From NCBI RefSeq assembly GCF_000143415.4, contig NW_003314297.1, positions 682,001 through 746,000 on the forward strand: a stretch of 64,000 bases of DNA, in the 5' to 3' direction. Shown one piece after another: positions 36,101 through 47,673 of this stretch (the stretch's first letter is position 1; the number at the start of each line of letters is the position of its first letter). A model generated the notes under the pieces. The model saw only the letters and a program-made list of their open reading frames with translations, had not been told where the DNA came from and did no database searches. Source of the DNA: Selaginella moellendorffii (taxonomy: Eukaryota > Plantae > Lycopodiophyta). Made by a program: the position numbers and the translations under genes.

Positions 36101-37310
36101 TCCCTTTGTCAGTTCCTGCCAAATCCCTTTCCCGTCCATGGCCATGTTCACCAACACTGCCACTAGATCAAGGTCCGTAGGCCCGGCCACTAAGTCCCAT
36201 TGTCCTCTGGGACTTCCTCACCATGTGACTATATCCGTAGTCACTACACTAGAGGACTGTTCCTCCTCCTTTCCCCCATTTGGGACTTCGAGACAACATT
36301 TTGGAACACTGTGGCCCTACGCGAGCCCCATGGGTACTCTCCCCACCTTCTGCCTTTAGGTGCTTTAGCCATGGGCTTAGAGCGAGGTTCCGTTGAGCCA
36401 CACTAGGTATCCAAGTAGGTAGTGCCACCCACACTTGGACTGGGAGCATCGGCCAGTCGATCACTAGAGCCGGCTCTTGAACACTTCACCAAGTTATCCC
36501 ATTTGTCAGTCCGTATTCACTCTAGTCTTGGACTTCTCAGTGGTCAGTTCATCACCCAACACAAAGTCTAGCCTTCCAGGGCCAAACTGGCCTTTCCTAG
36601 CCAAACTGGCTCTACTGTAGTCCTCCCCCTTACTATACTTTTGGAGCTCACCAAACCCCCTGGTGAGGGTCTGGAAAACAAATGCTTTGGGCTTTCACCC
36701 TCTCAGACTCGAACTCAGACTTAGACTCGGACTCGGACTTGGACTCGGCCTCAGTCTTGGCCTTGGCCTCGGTCTCAGTCTTGGTCCCGATCTTGGTCTC
36801 GGTCTCGGTCTTGGTCTCGGTCCCGGTCTCGGTCTCGACTTCGGACTCCATCTCGAGTCCATCTCGGACTCCATCTCAAACTCCATCTCGGACTCCATCT
36901 CGGACTCCACCTCGGGTCCATCTCAGACTCCACCTTGGGTCCATCTTGGACTCCATCTCTGGTCCATCTCGGACTCCATCTTGGGTCCATTTCGGGTCCA
37001 CCTCGGACTCCATCTCGGGGTCCTTCTCGGACTCCACTTCAGACTCCAACTGGGGTCCATTTCGGGTCCATCTCGGACACTTCCACGTGTCATGTGTTGG
37101 TCCTTTTGGGTCCCTTTTTGGAGCCTCGCTTATTGCTCGCTTCGTGCTCATTCCTCGAGCACTTCGTTGGGAGTTCCATTCCCACTCTCGACCTTTTCAA
37201 GTTGGAGCTTTTAGTCCAAACGTGTTATGCTCATTTGGCTTTCGCTTCGGCCACTACCACGTGGCACCCTTTTGGCTCCACTTTGGGGCCTAGGGATTTT
37301 GTGTCTCACA
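30138..37310 (-). mobile_element. Level 4 (youngest): full-length element of the same family in opposite orientation; LTRs 35711-37310 (5') and 30138-31671 (3'); TSD GGCAT
   Basis: PBS (minus strand TGGTATCGGAGC) at 35696-35707, PPT at 31672-31683, GGCAT at 30133-30137 and 37311-37315; the uninterrupted target sequence is visible in its own interior near 34530-34560. Confidence 0.94.
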
Positions 37311-40300
37311 GGCATGTGGTTAGAGTGTGGTGACCCAGATAATGATGGAGGTGTGGAAGCACCAGTAATGAGTTGTAGTACTTGACAACTATGAGGCAAC
37401 TAAGCAAAAGGTGCAAAATAATTCATAAACTGGTAGAAAGCAACTACCTAAGACTTTTTATTGGGATAAGGAAGTTTGATATACCCTTATAAGGGATGAA
37501 TTGCTTATGTTGCAACATAGTAAGTCAATGTCGAAAAGGGAATGCTCATTGTCAGAGAGGCCATCATTGGGACACCCAAACACTCTAGAACACTAGAAAG
37601 GGGTATTTGGTGTCATAAGGGCAATAGATAATGCAAAAGGGACAAAGTCCCTAGCGAATGAAGGATAGGAGGTGCTATCCAAATATCCAAGGTTTTTGAG
37701 ACAGGAGAAGTCTGTCTACCCAAATTAGACAAAAACAAAGAGGGATTTTGGCAAGGCTAGTGATGGGCATATAAAGGCCCATAAGTAGCAATGGTGATCC
37801 TAGTGTGTGGGATTACAAGGTGAGCAAACCCGAATTGAAGAACCACTCCCTAGGCTGTCGGGTAGGTTCATCCCTATGAATATTTGCCAAGGCATGGTAG
37901 AAAGTGCAAAGCTATCTTCCTAATCTAGAGGAGAATAACCGAAGGAAATGTATGAGGCCAAAAGGCAAGTAGTATAGGGATAGAACCGAACCATAAGAAT
38001 TGACAGGCATGACCAAAGGGTGGTTATGCAAGTTGGGAGTGGAGAATCAAGTGGGTGCTCAAGCATGTTGTTACTAGCGACCGGGATGTCATGGAGAATC
38101 TAAGTATGGGATTGTCCATGTTAGACTATATGATAATTGGCAAGTTTGCGAAATGAGAGGCCTTAGCAAGCCAATGAATAGAGCTCCTTGAACGTTCCCC
38201 TGGGTAGATAAGTACCTAGTCAGCCAAGTGTAAATGGTTCATAGAACGCACGAAATCAGAGTGGCGCAGCAGAAGCGTGGTTTTGAAGCTTGCTATGAGG
38301 TGAGGGGGAAGTAGTTCCCGAGTGTTCAAAGAGAGGGCTTTGAACGAAAGTTGATGGTTAAGGACTTTCACGCTTATGCATGAACCATGTTACGGTGGCC
38401 GAATGACTTGCTAAGTGAGATTGGCAAATTGGGGGGAAAAAATCCCCTAGTTGAAGGTGCTAACTTCAAAAAGGGTGGCCCATAGGGCTAAGTATAGAGG
38501 AGTCCATGTATGATCACAGATTTGTCAAGCGAGAGGACTTGGCAGTGCGAAGGAACTAGATTCTTAAGCTGTGATCTATAACGCGCTTTAAGTGTAAGTT
38601 GGTGCACCGGCGTGGGGAGTCACGCCAGGCATCTAGGGTGATGCCATCCGTAGATGCATATACAGAGGTTGGGTTTGGGTCCCAACCCTCTAGTGCTTGG
38701 GTTCGAGTCCCAAATTACTAGGGCATGGTGATGGTTTGGAATATGAGGACACTCATATTTCAGTGGTCATGGACTCTTAGTGAAGAGATTGGTTTGGGCA
38801 CACCGCCAAGCGAGGGATGCCTCAGAGTCGTGATGCACGATTAGATTGCTTAGAGTGAAAGCTCGGCATATCTAACTTGAACACTTTGGTGCAAAAGGCA
38901 CCAAGGACGTGGTGAATGAGATAGAGACACCCAGTCTCAATTGCTATAGATCCTTGGCCAGAAGGGTTAGCTTGGGCACACCGCCAAGTGTGGGGGATGG
39001 CCCCGGGGTCATAGTCAACAATTTAAAAGGGTCTGGAAGACCTAGTTCCTATTGGTAGACCTATTAAGAGGTCAAGATGAGATCACCAGGTGATCTTGTG
39101 GCTAAACAAAGACAAGGTCTTTGTTTGGGTTAAGGAATATGATTCCCAGTTCAAAGTATTTATTTGAATTATTGATAATGGTGTGACTTGGTCGAGGTGA
39201 CCAAGTGAAAAGGACACCTAAAGGGAAATCAATTGTGCCAATACAATGGTATAGTAAGTCCAAGAAAGTAGTCTCGGGGAGAGACCCATAGAAGGGTCGC
39301 AAAGTTAGGCTGTGGATGAAGCCCATAGCAGAAATTGCTAAAGAGACCTATTAAGGGTGAGCACTTGCTAAACTTAACAAAGTAGAGCCTTTGCTATGGA
39401 ACCAAAAGGATACCTCGAGAATGGAGGTAGTGATCCTATGTTGCTCAATGCAACAATCAATGGATAAAAGCAAAAGATTAGTGGCCAAGTGTGGGCCATG
39501 GAGTTCATTGGAAGGAATCCAAATGGCAAAGTTAGGCATGGAACACTAATGTGTTGGATGCTAATGGATTGTGAGAAAGGAAGTGTGCTTCTAAGGATGG
39601 ATTCCCAAATGCTCCAAGTTGGCAAAGGTGAAAGTTCCAAGGGAGGGAGCGGCGAAGTAGCCAAAGGATAGGGCCGTGGATAGCTCTAGCACAACTTACG
39701 ATGACTGGAACTTGGTGCCAAAAGTGGCATAAAATAGAAAGGAGGACGATGGCACCCTCAAGTGGGGAGCTTCCTAGGATGGAAAGTGAAGTTGCACAAT
39801 ATATGCAGTGAAAGGTGTCAAAGACACCAACAAAATTGACTTCGAGAAGTCAAAATTAAAAGTTCCAAGGTGAATTGGTTATGTTAATAGAAGTTGGGAC
39901 TACTCGAGAATGAGTAGTGGAATTGAGTTAGAGAAAGTGTCTTTAACGGGTTTAGCAAGAACTAAACCAATAAAAGGGAGCAAACCACCCCAGGTGGCCG
40001 AATGAGTCTCTATGTTGGAAAGACTATGTCCTTTAGAGGATGGACAAGGCATGGTGAGCCTTCGGGGTCAAACCATAGACAAATATTGGCTGGGTGCCAA
40101 GGATGGAAATGGTAATACCTGCGAGTGTTACTTTATAAAAGGGTTTACTGTTCGATGAGGACATCGAACTTCGTCTATGGGTGGTGGAGTTGTGAAACAC
40201 AAATCCCTAAGCCCCAAAATGGAGCCGAAAGGGTGCTACGTGGTAGTTGCCGAAGCAAAAGCCAAACGAGTGTAACACATTTGGACTAAAAGGCTTCGAC

Positions 40301-43300
40301 TTGAAAGGTTGAGAGCGGGAGTGGAACTCCCAACGGAGTGCTCAAGAAACGAGCATGAAGCGACCAATAAACGAAGCTCCAAAAAGGGACCCAAAAGAAC
40401 CAACACATGACACTTGGAAGTGTCTGAGATGGAGTCCGAGATGGACCCGAGTTGGAGTCCGAGGTGGAGTTCGAGATGGAGTCCGAGATGGACCAAGACG
40501 GAGTTCGAGATGGAGTCCAAGATGGACCCAAGATGGAGTCTGAGATGGAGTCCGGATGGACTGAGACGGAGTTCAAGATGGAGTCCGAGATGGACCCGAG
40601 ATGGAATCCAAGATGGAGTCCGAGAAGGACCCGAGATGGAGTCCGAGGTCGAGACCGAGACCGGGACCGAGACTGGGACCGAGACCGAGACCGAGATCGA
40701 GACCAGGACCGAGACCGGGACCGAGGCCGAGGCCGAGACTGAGCCCGAGTCCAAGTCCAAGTCCGAGTCCGAGTCCGAGTTCGAGTCTGAGAGGGTGAAA
40801 GCCCAAAGCGTTCGTCTCCCATACTTTTGGTGAGCTCCAAAAGTATAGTAAGGGGGAGGACTGTAGTGGAGCCAGTTTGGCTAGAAAAGGCCAATTTGTC
40901 CCAGGAAGGCCAAACCCAGTGTTGGGTGATGAACTAACCACTGGGAAGTCCAAGACTAAAGTGAATACGGACTGATAAGCGGGGTAGCTTGGTGAAGTGT
41001 TCAAGAGTCGGCTTTAGTTCCCCCGGGAGATTGACTGGCCGATGCTCCCAGTCCAAGTGTGGGTGGCACTACCTACTTGGATACCTGGTGTGGCTCAACA
41101 GAACCTCGCTCTAAGCCCATGGCTAGAGCACCTAAACGCGGAAGGTGGGGAGAGTATCCACAGGGCTCGCGTAGGGCTATGGTGTTCCGAAATGTTGTCC
41201 CGAAGTCCCAAATGGGGGAAAGGAGGAGGAGCAGTCCTCTAGTGTAGTGACTACGGATACGGTCACATGGTGAGGAAGTCCCAGAAGACAATGGGACTGA
41301 GTGGCCGGGCCTGTAGGCCTTGATCTAGTGGCAGTGTTGGTGAACATGGCCATGGACGGGAAAGGGACTTGGCAGGAACTGACAAAGGGATGTTGGGGAA
41401 GGCTATTCCCCATGTCTGTGGGCATCTTAAGGATGCTAAGGAGTGGATCTGGGATGACCACTCGTGGACGGACAGCCCAGTCTTGGAGAGACGGGGTTGT
41501 GATGCAAGTGGTATTGGACCACCAATGCGGCAAAGGTGAATAGGCATGGCCTTAGCGTAACAGGCCAATATGTCAATGGTACCTTTGGGTGTCAGTCTTG
41601 GGACTGGACACGTGGAGCACTTGGACCAAGTGCAAGGGAGGAGCCAAGTCCTGAATTGGACTTAAGGAGGTTGTGAATGAGACTCCTTCAAGGGGCTAGA
41701 GGTGTGGTTAAGTGACGAAAGTAGAATGGAAAATTTAATCGCTTACATTGGTCTTGGCCTCGGCCTTGGTCTTGGTCTCGGTCTTGATCTCGGTCTCGGT
41801 CTCAGTCTCGGCCCCGGTCTCGGTCTCAGTCTCGGTCTCGGTCCCGGTCCCAGTCTCGGTCTCGACCTTGGACTCCATCTTGGGTCCTTCTCAGACTCCA
41901 TCTTGGATTCCATCTCAGACTCCATCTTGGACTTCATCTCGAACTTCGTCTCGGTCCATCTCGGACTCCATCTCGGACTCTGTCTCGGTCAATCTTGGAC
42001 TCCATCTCGGACTCCATCTTGGGTCCATCTCGGACTCCATCTCGGGTCCATCTCAAACTCCATCTCGGACTCCGTCTCGGACTCCATCTCAGATCCATCT
42101 TGGACTCCATCTTGGACTCTGTCTCAGTCCATCTCGGACTCCATTTCGGACTCCATCTTGGACTCTGTCTCGGTCCATCTTGGACTCCATCTCAGACTCC
42201 ATCTTGGGTCCATCTTGGACTCCACCTCGGGTCCATCTCGGACTCCATCTCAGGTCCATCTTGGACACTTCCACGTGTCATGTGTTGGTCCTTTTGGGTC
42301 CTTTTTTTAGAGCCTCGCTTATTGCTCACTTCGTACTCATCCCTCGAGCACTTTGTTGGGAGTTCCACTCCCGCTCTCGACCTTTCAAGTCGGAACTTTT
42401 AGTCCAAACGTGTTACGCTCGTTTGGCTTTCGCTTCAGCAACTACCACGTGGCGCCCTTCTGGCTCCACTTTAGGGCCTAGGGATTTTGTGTCTCACAAC
42501 AATCCTGTCTCTCAAAGATTGGGCCATCCATCCATGAATGATCATCCTAAATCCACTTGTTAGCATCCTTATGATGCTCACAGACATAGGGAACAACTTT
42601 CCCCAATATCCTTTTTTAGTCCCCATCAAGTCCCTTTCTGTCCACAATTGTGTTTGCCAACATTGCCACTGAGTTAGGGCTCGAGGGCCAAACCAGTATG
42701 TCCCATTAACCTTTGATACTTCCTTGTTATATAACCACATCTTTAATCAATATATAAGAGGACTGTTCCTTTTTCTTTCCTCAGTTTTGGACTCTGGGGC
42801 AACCTTTTGAAACACCACAGCCTTACACGAGCCTCATGGGTATTCTTCCCACCATCTGCATTTGGGTGCCCTAGCTATATGGCTAGAGCAAAGTTCTGAT
42901 GAGCCGTGCTAAGTATCCAAGTAGGTAATGCCACCCATACTTGGATTGGGAGCATCGACCATCTGATCTCTCAGGGGAATTAGAACTAGCTCTTGAACAC
43001 TTTACCAAACTACCCTATTTATCTGTTTGTATTCACTCTAGCCTTGGCCTTTTTAGTGGTTATATCATCATTCAACACGTGGGTATAACCTTTCTAGGCC
43101 ATATTAGCCTTTTCTAGCCAAACTAGTTCCACTAGAGTCCAACACCCACACTCTCTCTATTATACTTTTGGAACCCCCTACAGCCCCCCTCGCCTGGGGG
43201 ATGATTGCTTTGGGCTTTTACCCTACAACTTGTATTAGTATTTGAACTCGGACTTGGATTTGGATTCAGATTCAAACTCAGACTCGGTCTCGGTCTTGGT

Positions 43301-44219
43301 CTCGGTCTTGGACTCGGTCTTAGTCTCTATCTTGGATCTATCTCAGACTCCATCTCATATCTATCTCAAATTCCATCTCAGATCTATCTCAAACTCTATC
43401 TCTAGTCCATCTCAGACTTCATCTCGAAGCCATTTCAGACTCTATCTCGGGTCCATCTTGAACTCCATTTTAGACTCCATCTCAGACTTCATCTCAGAGT
43501 CTATCTCGAACTCCAACTTGGGTCTACATTGAGTTCATTGCAAACTCCTCCTCAGACTCCATCTCAACACTTCTATGTGTTATGTGTTAATCCTCTTGTG
43601 TCCCTTTCTAGAGATTCACTTATCGCTCGTTTCATAATTGTTCCTCGAGCCCTTCTTTGGGAGTTCCACTCTCGCTCTCAACTTTTCAAGTCAGAGCATT
43701 TAGTCCAAACATGTTACACTTGTTTGGCTTTTGCATCGGCCATTACCACGTGGCACCCTTTTGGCTCCACTTTGGGGCTTAGGGATTTGTGTCTTATAGA
43801 GAATGAAAGTCAATTTTCATTCTCTATGGCAATAATCATACACATAAGGAGTGTATAAGCCTAGTTATGCCTATAAATGATTTCAAGTTTGAGTTTCAAT
43901 ATTAATAATGCCAAGTCAAGTTTTTAACTTCATCTTTAATATAAATTTATTACAGTGCAATCATGCCAATTGTGACTTTGAGGCTTCTCCTCTTTGTTTT
44001 ATATTCCTTTATCTTTCTTTCATTCCTTTTAGTTTTGTTTTATATCATCTTTTTGTTTCTAACTTTACTTCCATCACTTTTGTTTTTCTATTATTTTTAT
44101 TGTATTTCTAACTTTTCTATTCTCTTTCTAGATCTTTTAGATAATCTTTGTGTGATGGTAGTTGACTAATTCAAGAAAGAAAGTATCAATCTCTTCAACT
44201 TTGACCTATTATTTAGGGC

Positions 44220-45353
44220 CAAGATTGCAATGCATCATTTAATTCCAACTAAAGATGTTTATCCAATTAAGGTTTCTATTCAACATCTGCTGTTAAAGGA
44301 GATTAAAATTTTATATACAGATGTCAAGGAGATTTTAAAAAAGGGTAGGCATATAAACAATATCTTTTTAAAAAGCTTGATGATAGTATTTAATTCTGCA
44401 TTGATTATTTTTCTTAAACAATATAACTATCTTAGATATATACCTCACACTACTGATTTTCCAGATCATTTAGGGATAAATCATTAATTCACCAAGTTAA
44501 ACCTTACTTTTAAGTACTAGTATGCCTTGATGGATAAAAAAGATGTCTCAAGATTTTTTTTATACACCATTTAATTTCTACAAGTTCTTGGTGATGCCAT
44601 TTAATTTGAACAATATTTTAGTGACTTTTAAATAGTTGGTAAATTAGGTTCTTATAACATATAAAGAATGACTACCAACTTCATCAATGATGTCTTAATC
44701 CACTCAAAGAAGACATGGGAGAAGCATATTTGTGAAATTCATAAGATGCATTTGATGTTAAATTTGTACTACTCTCCCTCATATTGTGGAAGGATAGTTG
44801 GAGTTAATAACAATTTCCTCTTTATATGAGCTAGTAGTCTTTGATTTAATAGTGTCTTTTCCATAGTTAACTATCAGTAATGAGTATATCATTATTATTT
44901 TCAACTACTTGACTTGTTAGATGGAAGTCAATACTCTTGCTAGTGCATCTATAATTTCCATTAGATACTTCCTCCTTAATTAATTTATGTTCCAACATTC
45001 TTGTTTAAAGCAGATTTTGTTAGATAATTATCCCAAATTATGGTTGAGGCATTTTATGTCTTCATGTCTCGGCTAGGGATACATCACACATCCATAATTG
45101 TTTATTATCCATAAACAAATGATTTAGTGGAATAGCTCATTCAAAACTTCAAAAGGATGATTATGGAGTATGTAAACTTTCAGTATTTGGATTGGTTTAA
45201 TATTTATAGGTCATAAAAGTACAAGTTCTATTAATGTTTTGCCATATAAACTTTTATATAGTCATGAATCTAATATTACCAACAAAGTTGGGTTTAATTT
45301 TGTGATTGCCAGAAGTTGTCAATGTTAAGTCATAGAATCAATATTTGAAGAGC
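44220..45353 (+). pseudogene. Highly degenerate Ty3/Gypsy pol remnants (RT and integrase)
   Basis: FINDVLI (YxDD-like) near 44680; tatccataaacaaatgatttagtggaa resembling integrase YHPQTDGxxER near 45106; many stops; directly abuts a degenerate LTR. Confidence 0.5.
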
Positions 45354-46640
45354 TGTAAAACATAAATCCCTAAGTCTCAAAGTGGAGTTGAAGGTATGCC
45401 ATATGTTAGTGGCCAAAACAAAAGTGCAACAAGCGTAGCCAAAATCTTCAACTCAAAATATCAAGAGTGGGATATAAAATACAAATTCCTAAGTTCCAAA
45501 GTTTAGTCAAAGGTATGCCATGTGGCAATGGCTGAGGAGGAAGTCCAAAGAATGTAACATGTTTGGATCAAAAGTGTTAACTTGAAAACTTGAGAGTGGG
45601 AGTGGAACTCTTGAAAAAAGCACTTAAGGAATAAGTATGAAACAATCAATAAGTGAATTTTAGAAAGAAAAAAAAGAATGATTAATATGTGGCAAATGTT
45701 ATAACATGTGAAAGTGTCAAAATCAAAATAGAACCCATAGACTTGAAGTGTAACAATGTCAAAACCATCTCACGTACCTAAAAACCAAGTGTATGAAGTA
45801 TCAAACATATCTGAGACTTGATGTATTTAGGGCAAGATATATCCAAGGGTAAGGTAAAAGCTTAAAACAATTATTTCCCAGACCCTTAGGAGTTTGGTAA
45901 ATGCCTATGGGATAGTAAGGGGAGGACTTTAGAGAAACTAGTATGACTAAGAAAGGCTATATCTATATGGTAGGTGATGGTATAAATATTAAGGAGCTTA
46001 AAGTTAGAGTGAATATGGATAGATAAATGGTGACTTGGTAAAGTGTTCAAAAGTTAGGTTTTATGGTAGAAGTAATATGTGACTTTGATAGATTAGTGTT
46101 TACTATTAAATTTCTTCAAATGTCACCAACTTTAGCTCTTTTAGACAATCAAATGATTAATGCTCTCAATCCAAATCTAGGTGAAACTACTTATTTAAAA
46201 AGATTATATGGCTCATCAAAACCTCACTCTAGCCATATGGCTAGGGCACCCTGGTGGAAAGTGGGGAGAGTACTCATGAAATTTATGTTGGGCTATAGTG
46301 TTTCAAAATGTCATTCTAAAGTCCCTAACTATGGAAAGAAAGAGGAATGGTCCTCTTGTTTAGTAATTAAAGATTTGGTTGCGTGGTGAAGAAATTTTAG
46401 AAGTCATTGGGATTTGGTAGATGGGCCTTTAGATCCTAACTCAGTGATAAGTATTGCCATTATAAAGGGACTTGGTGGGGATCAAAGAAGGAATATTAAA
46501 AGATAATAGTCCTTTATAATAAAAGTGGTTATAAAGTGACTATTAATGTAATAAATAGTTTGGTTTTAGAAAAACATGGCCTTACTATAATAGGATGGTA
46601 TATTAGCAGTACCTTTAGGTATCTAAAGTGGGACAATTCT
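45354..46640 (+). mobile_element. Old degenerate LTR(s) of the same family; a second LTR start appears near 45473
   Basis: tgtaaaacataaatccctaag start; ctagccatatggctagggcacc and gtggggagagtactc segments match the younger LTRs with many transitions. Confidence 0.7.
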
Positions 46641-47650
46641 ACCTTTAAAATTGAAATTGTATGTATTAAACATCCATTAACGAAGGTATCCACTATTGGA
46701 CTATAGTACAAATATATAACTAGTAATCTTATATAGAATAACTAGTTTATATAATGGAAATATTGGTAATTCAGTGTAGAAATGGAGGTTTTGGTTCCCT
46801 TTAACAGGAATAAAAATAATGTTAACATTAAGGGTTCATTGCTAGAGTTCATCCATTTTCTATTATTCATGCTAGGATGATTGAAATTTTAGTAGATTCA
46901 ATGCAGAAATAAATAAAAACCCCAAAAAAAAGGACTATAGTGACTAAAGATGGTCTATATATAATTGTGGACAATCATTTGAGGGGAAGAATTATTAGGC
47001 ACCAATTTTGACTATATGGTCAACATAAATAAAAAATTAGTTCAGGCATGGACTTAGGGTAAAAACGTGATTTTAAGCTCTTGAATGGAAATAAATATAA
47101 TGCATGAGCATATTGAGATAGTAATGCACCAAATAAGACTACTTTGGTAAATTGACTTAAGATTCAACTTTTTCTAATGATAATTGCATAGAGGAGTGCT
47201 TGCTTTGGCTAGGCCAATATGAAAAAAAAATGGCTGCCAAACATATAGAGGCTTTAATGGCTATTCTAGTCTTAGATGGTGAAATTGGTTTAAGAAATGA
47301 GTTTTAGGCTATTTTTTCTCTATGCTTTATGTGAATCTCAACACATTTAAGAGATATGTGCCACATGTTTAGAATCATATTGTCCATCCAAGTGTTAAAC
47401 CTAACCCAACCTATTAAGGATGTTAACCTCATAGGGTTAAGGGGACATGTGTGTGTGCATGTGATCACCCCTTTAGCTCTTTAGCCAGTTGGCATAGAGT
47501 GTAAATAATAGGATCTTAACATTGGTATGATCAAGTGGAATAACGTTTTGAAAGAATATTCATTATGATGGATCTAGAAGGAGAATTAACACTATAGTAT
47601 AGGGTATTTAGAGAGAGAAATAGAGGGGATATGATCTCTCCCTTTAGAGA

Positions 47651-47673
47651 CAGAGATCATTGGTATCAGAGCC
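47651..47673 (+). mobile_element. LTR end and PBS of a different, degenerate LTR retrotransposon
   Basis: ...agatCA-t-TGGTATCAGAGCC; flanking sequence does not match the resident family LTR. Confidence 0.55.

Larger units (their letters stand above)
27327..41747 (+). mobile_element. Level 3: full-length non-autonomous (LARD-like) LTR retroelement; LTRs 27327-28969 and 40191-41747; TSD TTGGT
   Basis: TG...CA LTRs, PBS TGGTATCAGAGC (tRNA-iMet type) at 28973-28984, PPT GGGTGGTGGAGT at 40179-40190, TTGGT at 27322-27326 and 41748-41752; no long ORF inside. Confidence 0.92.
26231..42498 (-). mobile_element. Level 2: solo LTR (26231-27326 and 41748-42498), TSD ACAAT
   Basis: tgtaagggac...gtgtctcaca termini; ACAAT at 26226-26230 and 42499-42503; no PBS or PPT next to it. 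Confidence 0.85.
25945..43798 (-). mobile_element. Level 1 (oldest): degenerate LTR of the resident family, split into 25945-26230 and 42499-43798 by later insertions
   Basis: Begins tataagcgactaaattttc and ends gggatttgtgtcttata like the other LTRs; the halves are collinear across the ACAAT duplication; no TSD recognisable for this level. Confidence 0.75.

Noticed and set aside
27102-43858. Many 100-270 aa ORFs with SD/ET/RP/LG repeats resembling surface or extensin proteins
   Set aside because: They are translations of the LTR minisatellite, open in several frames on both strands and not conserved in frame between copies.
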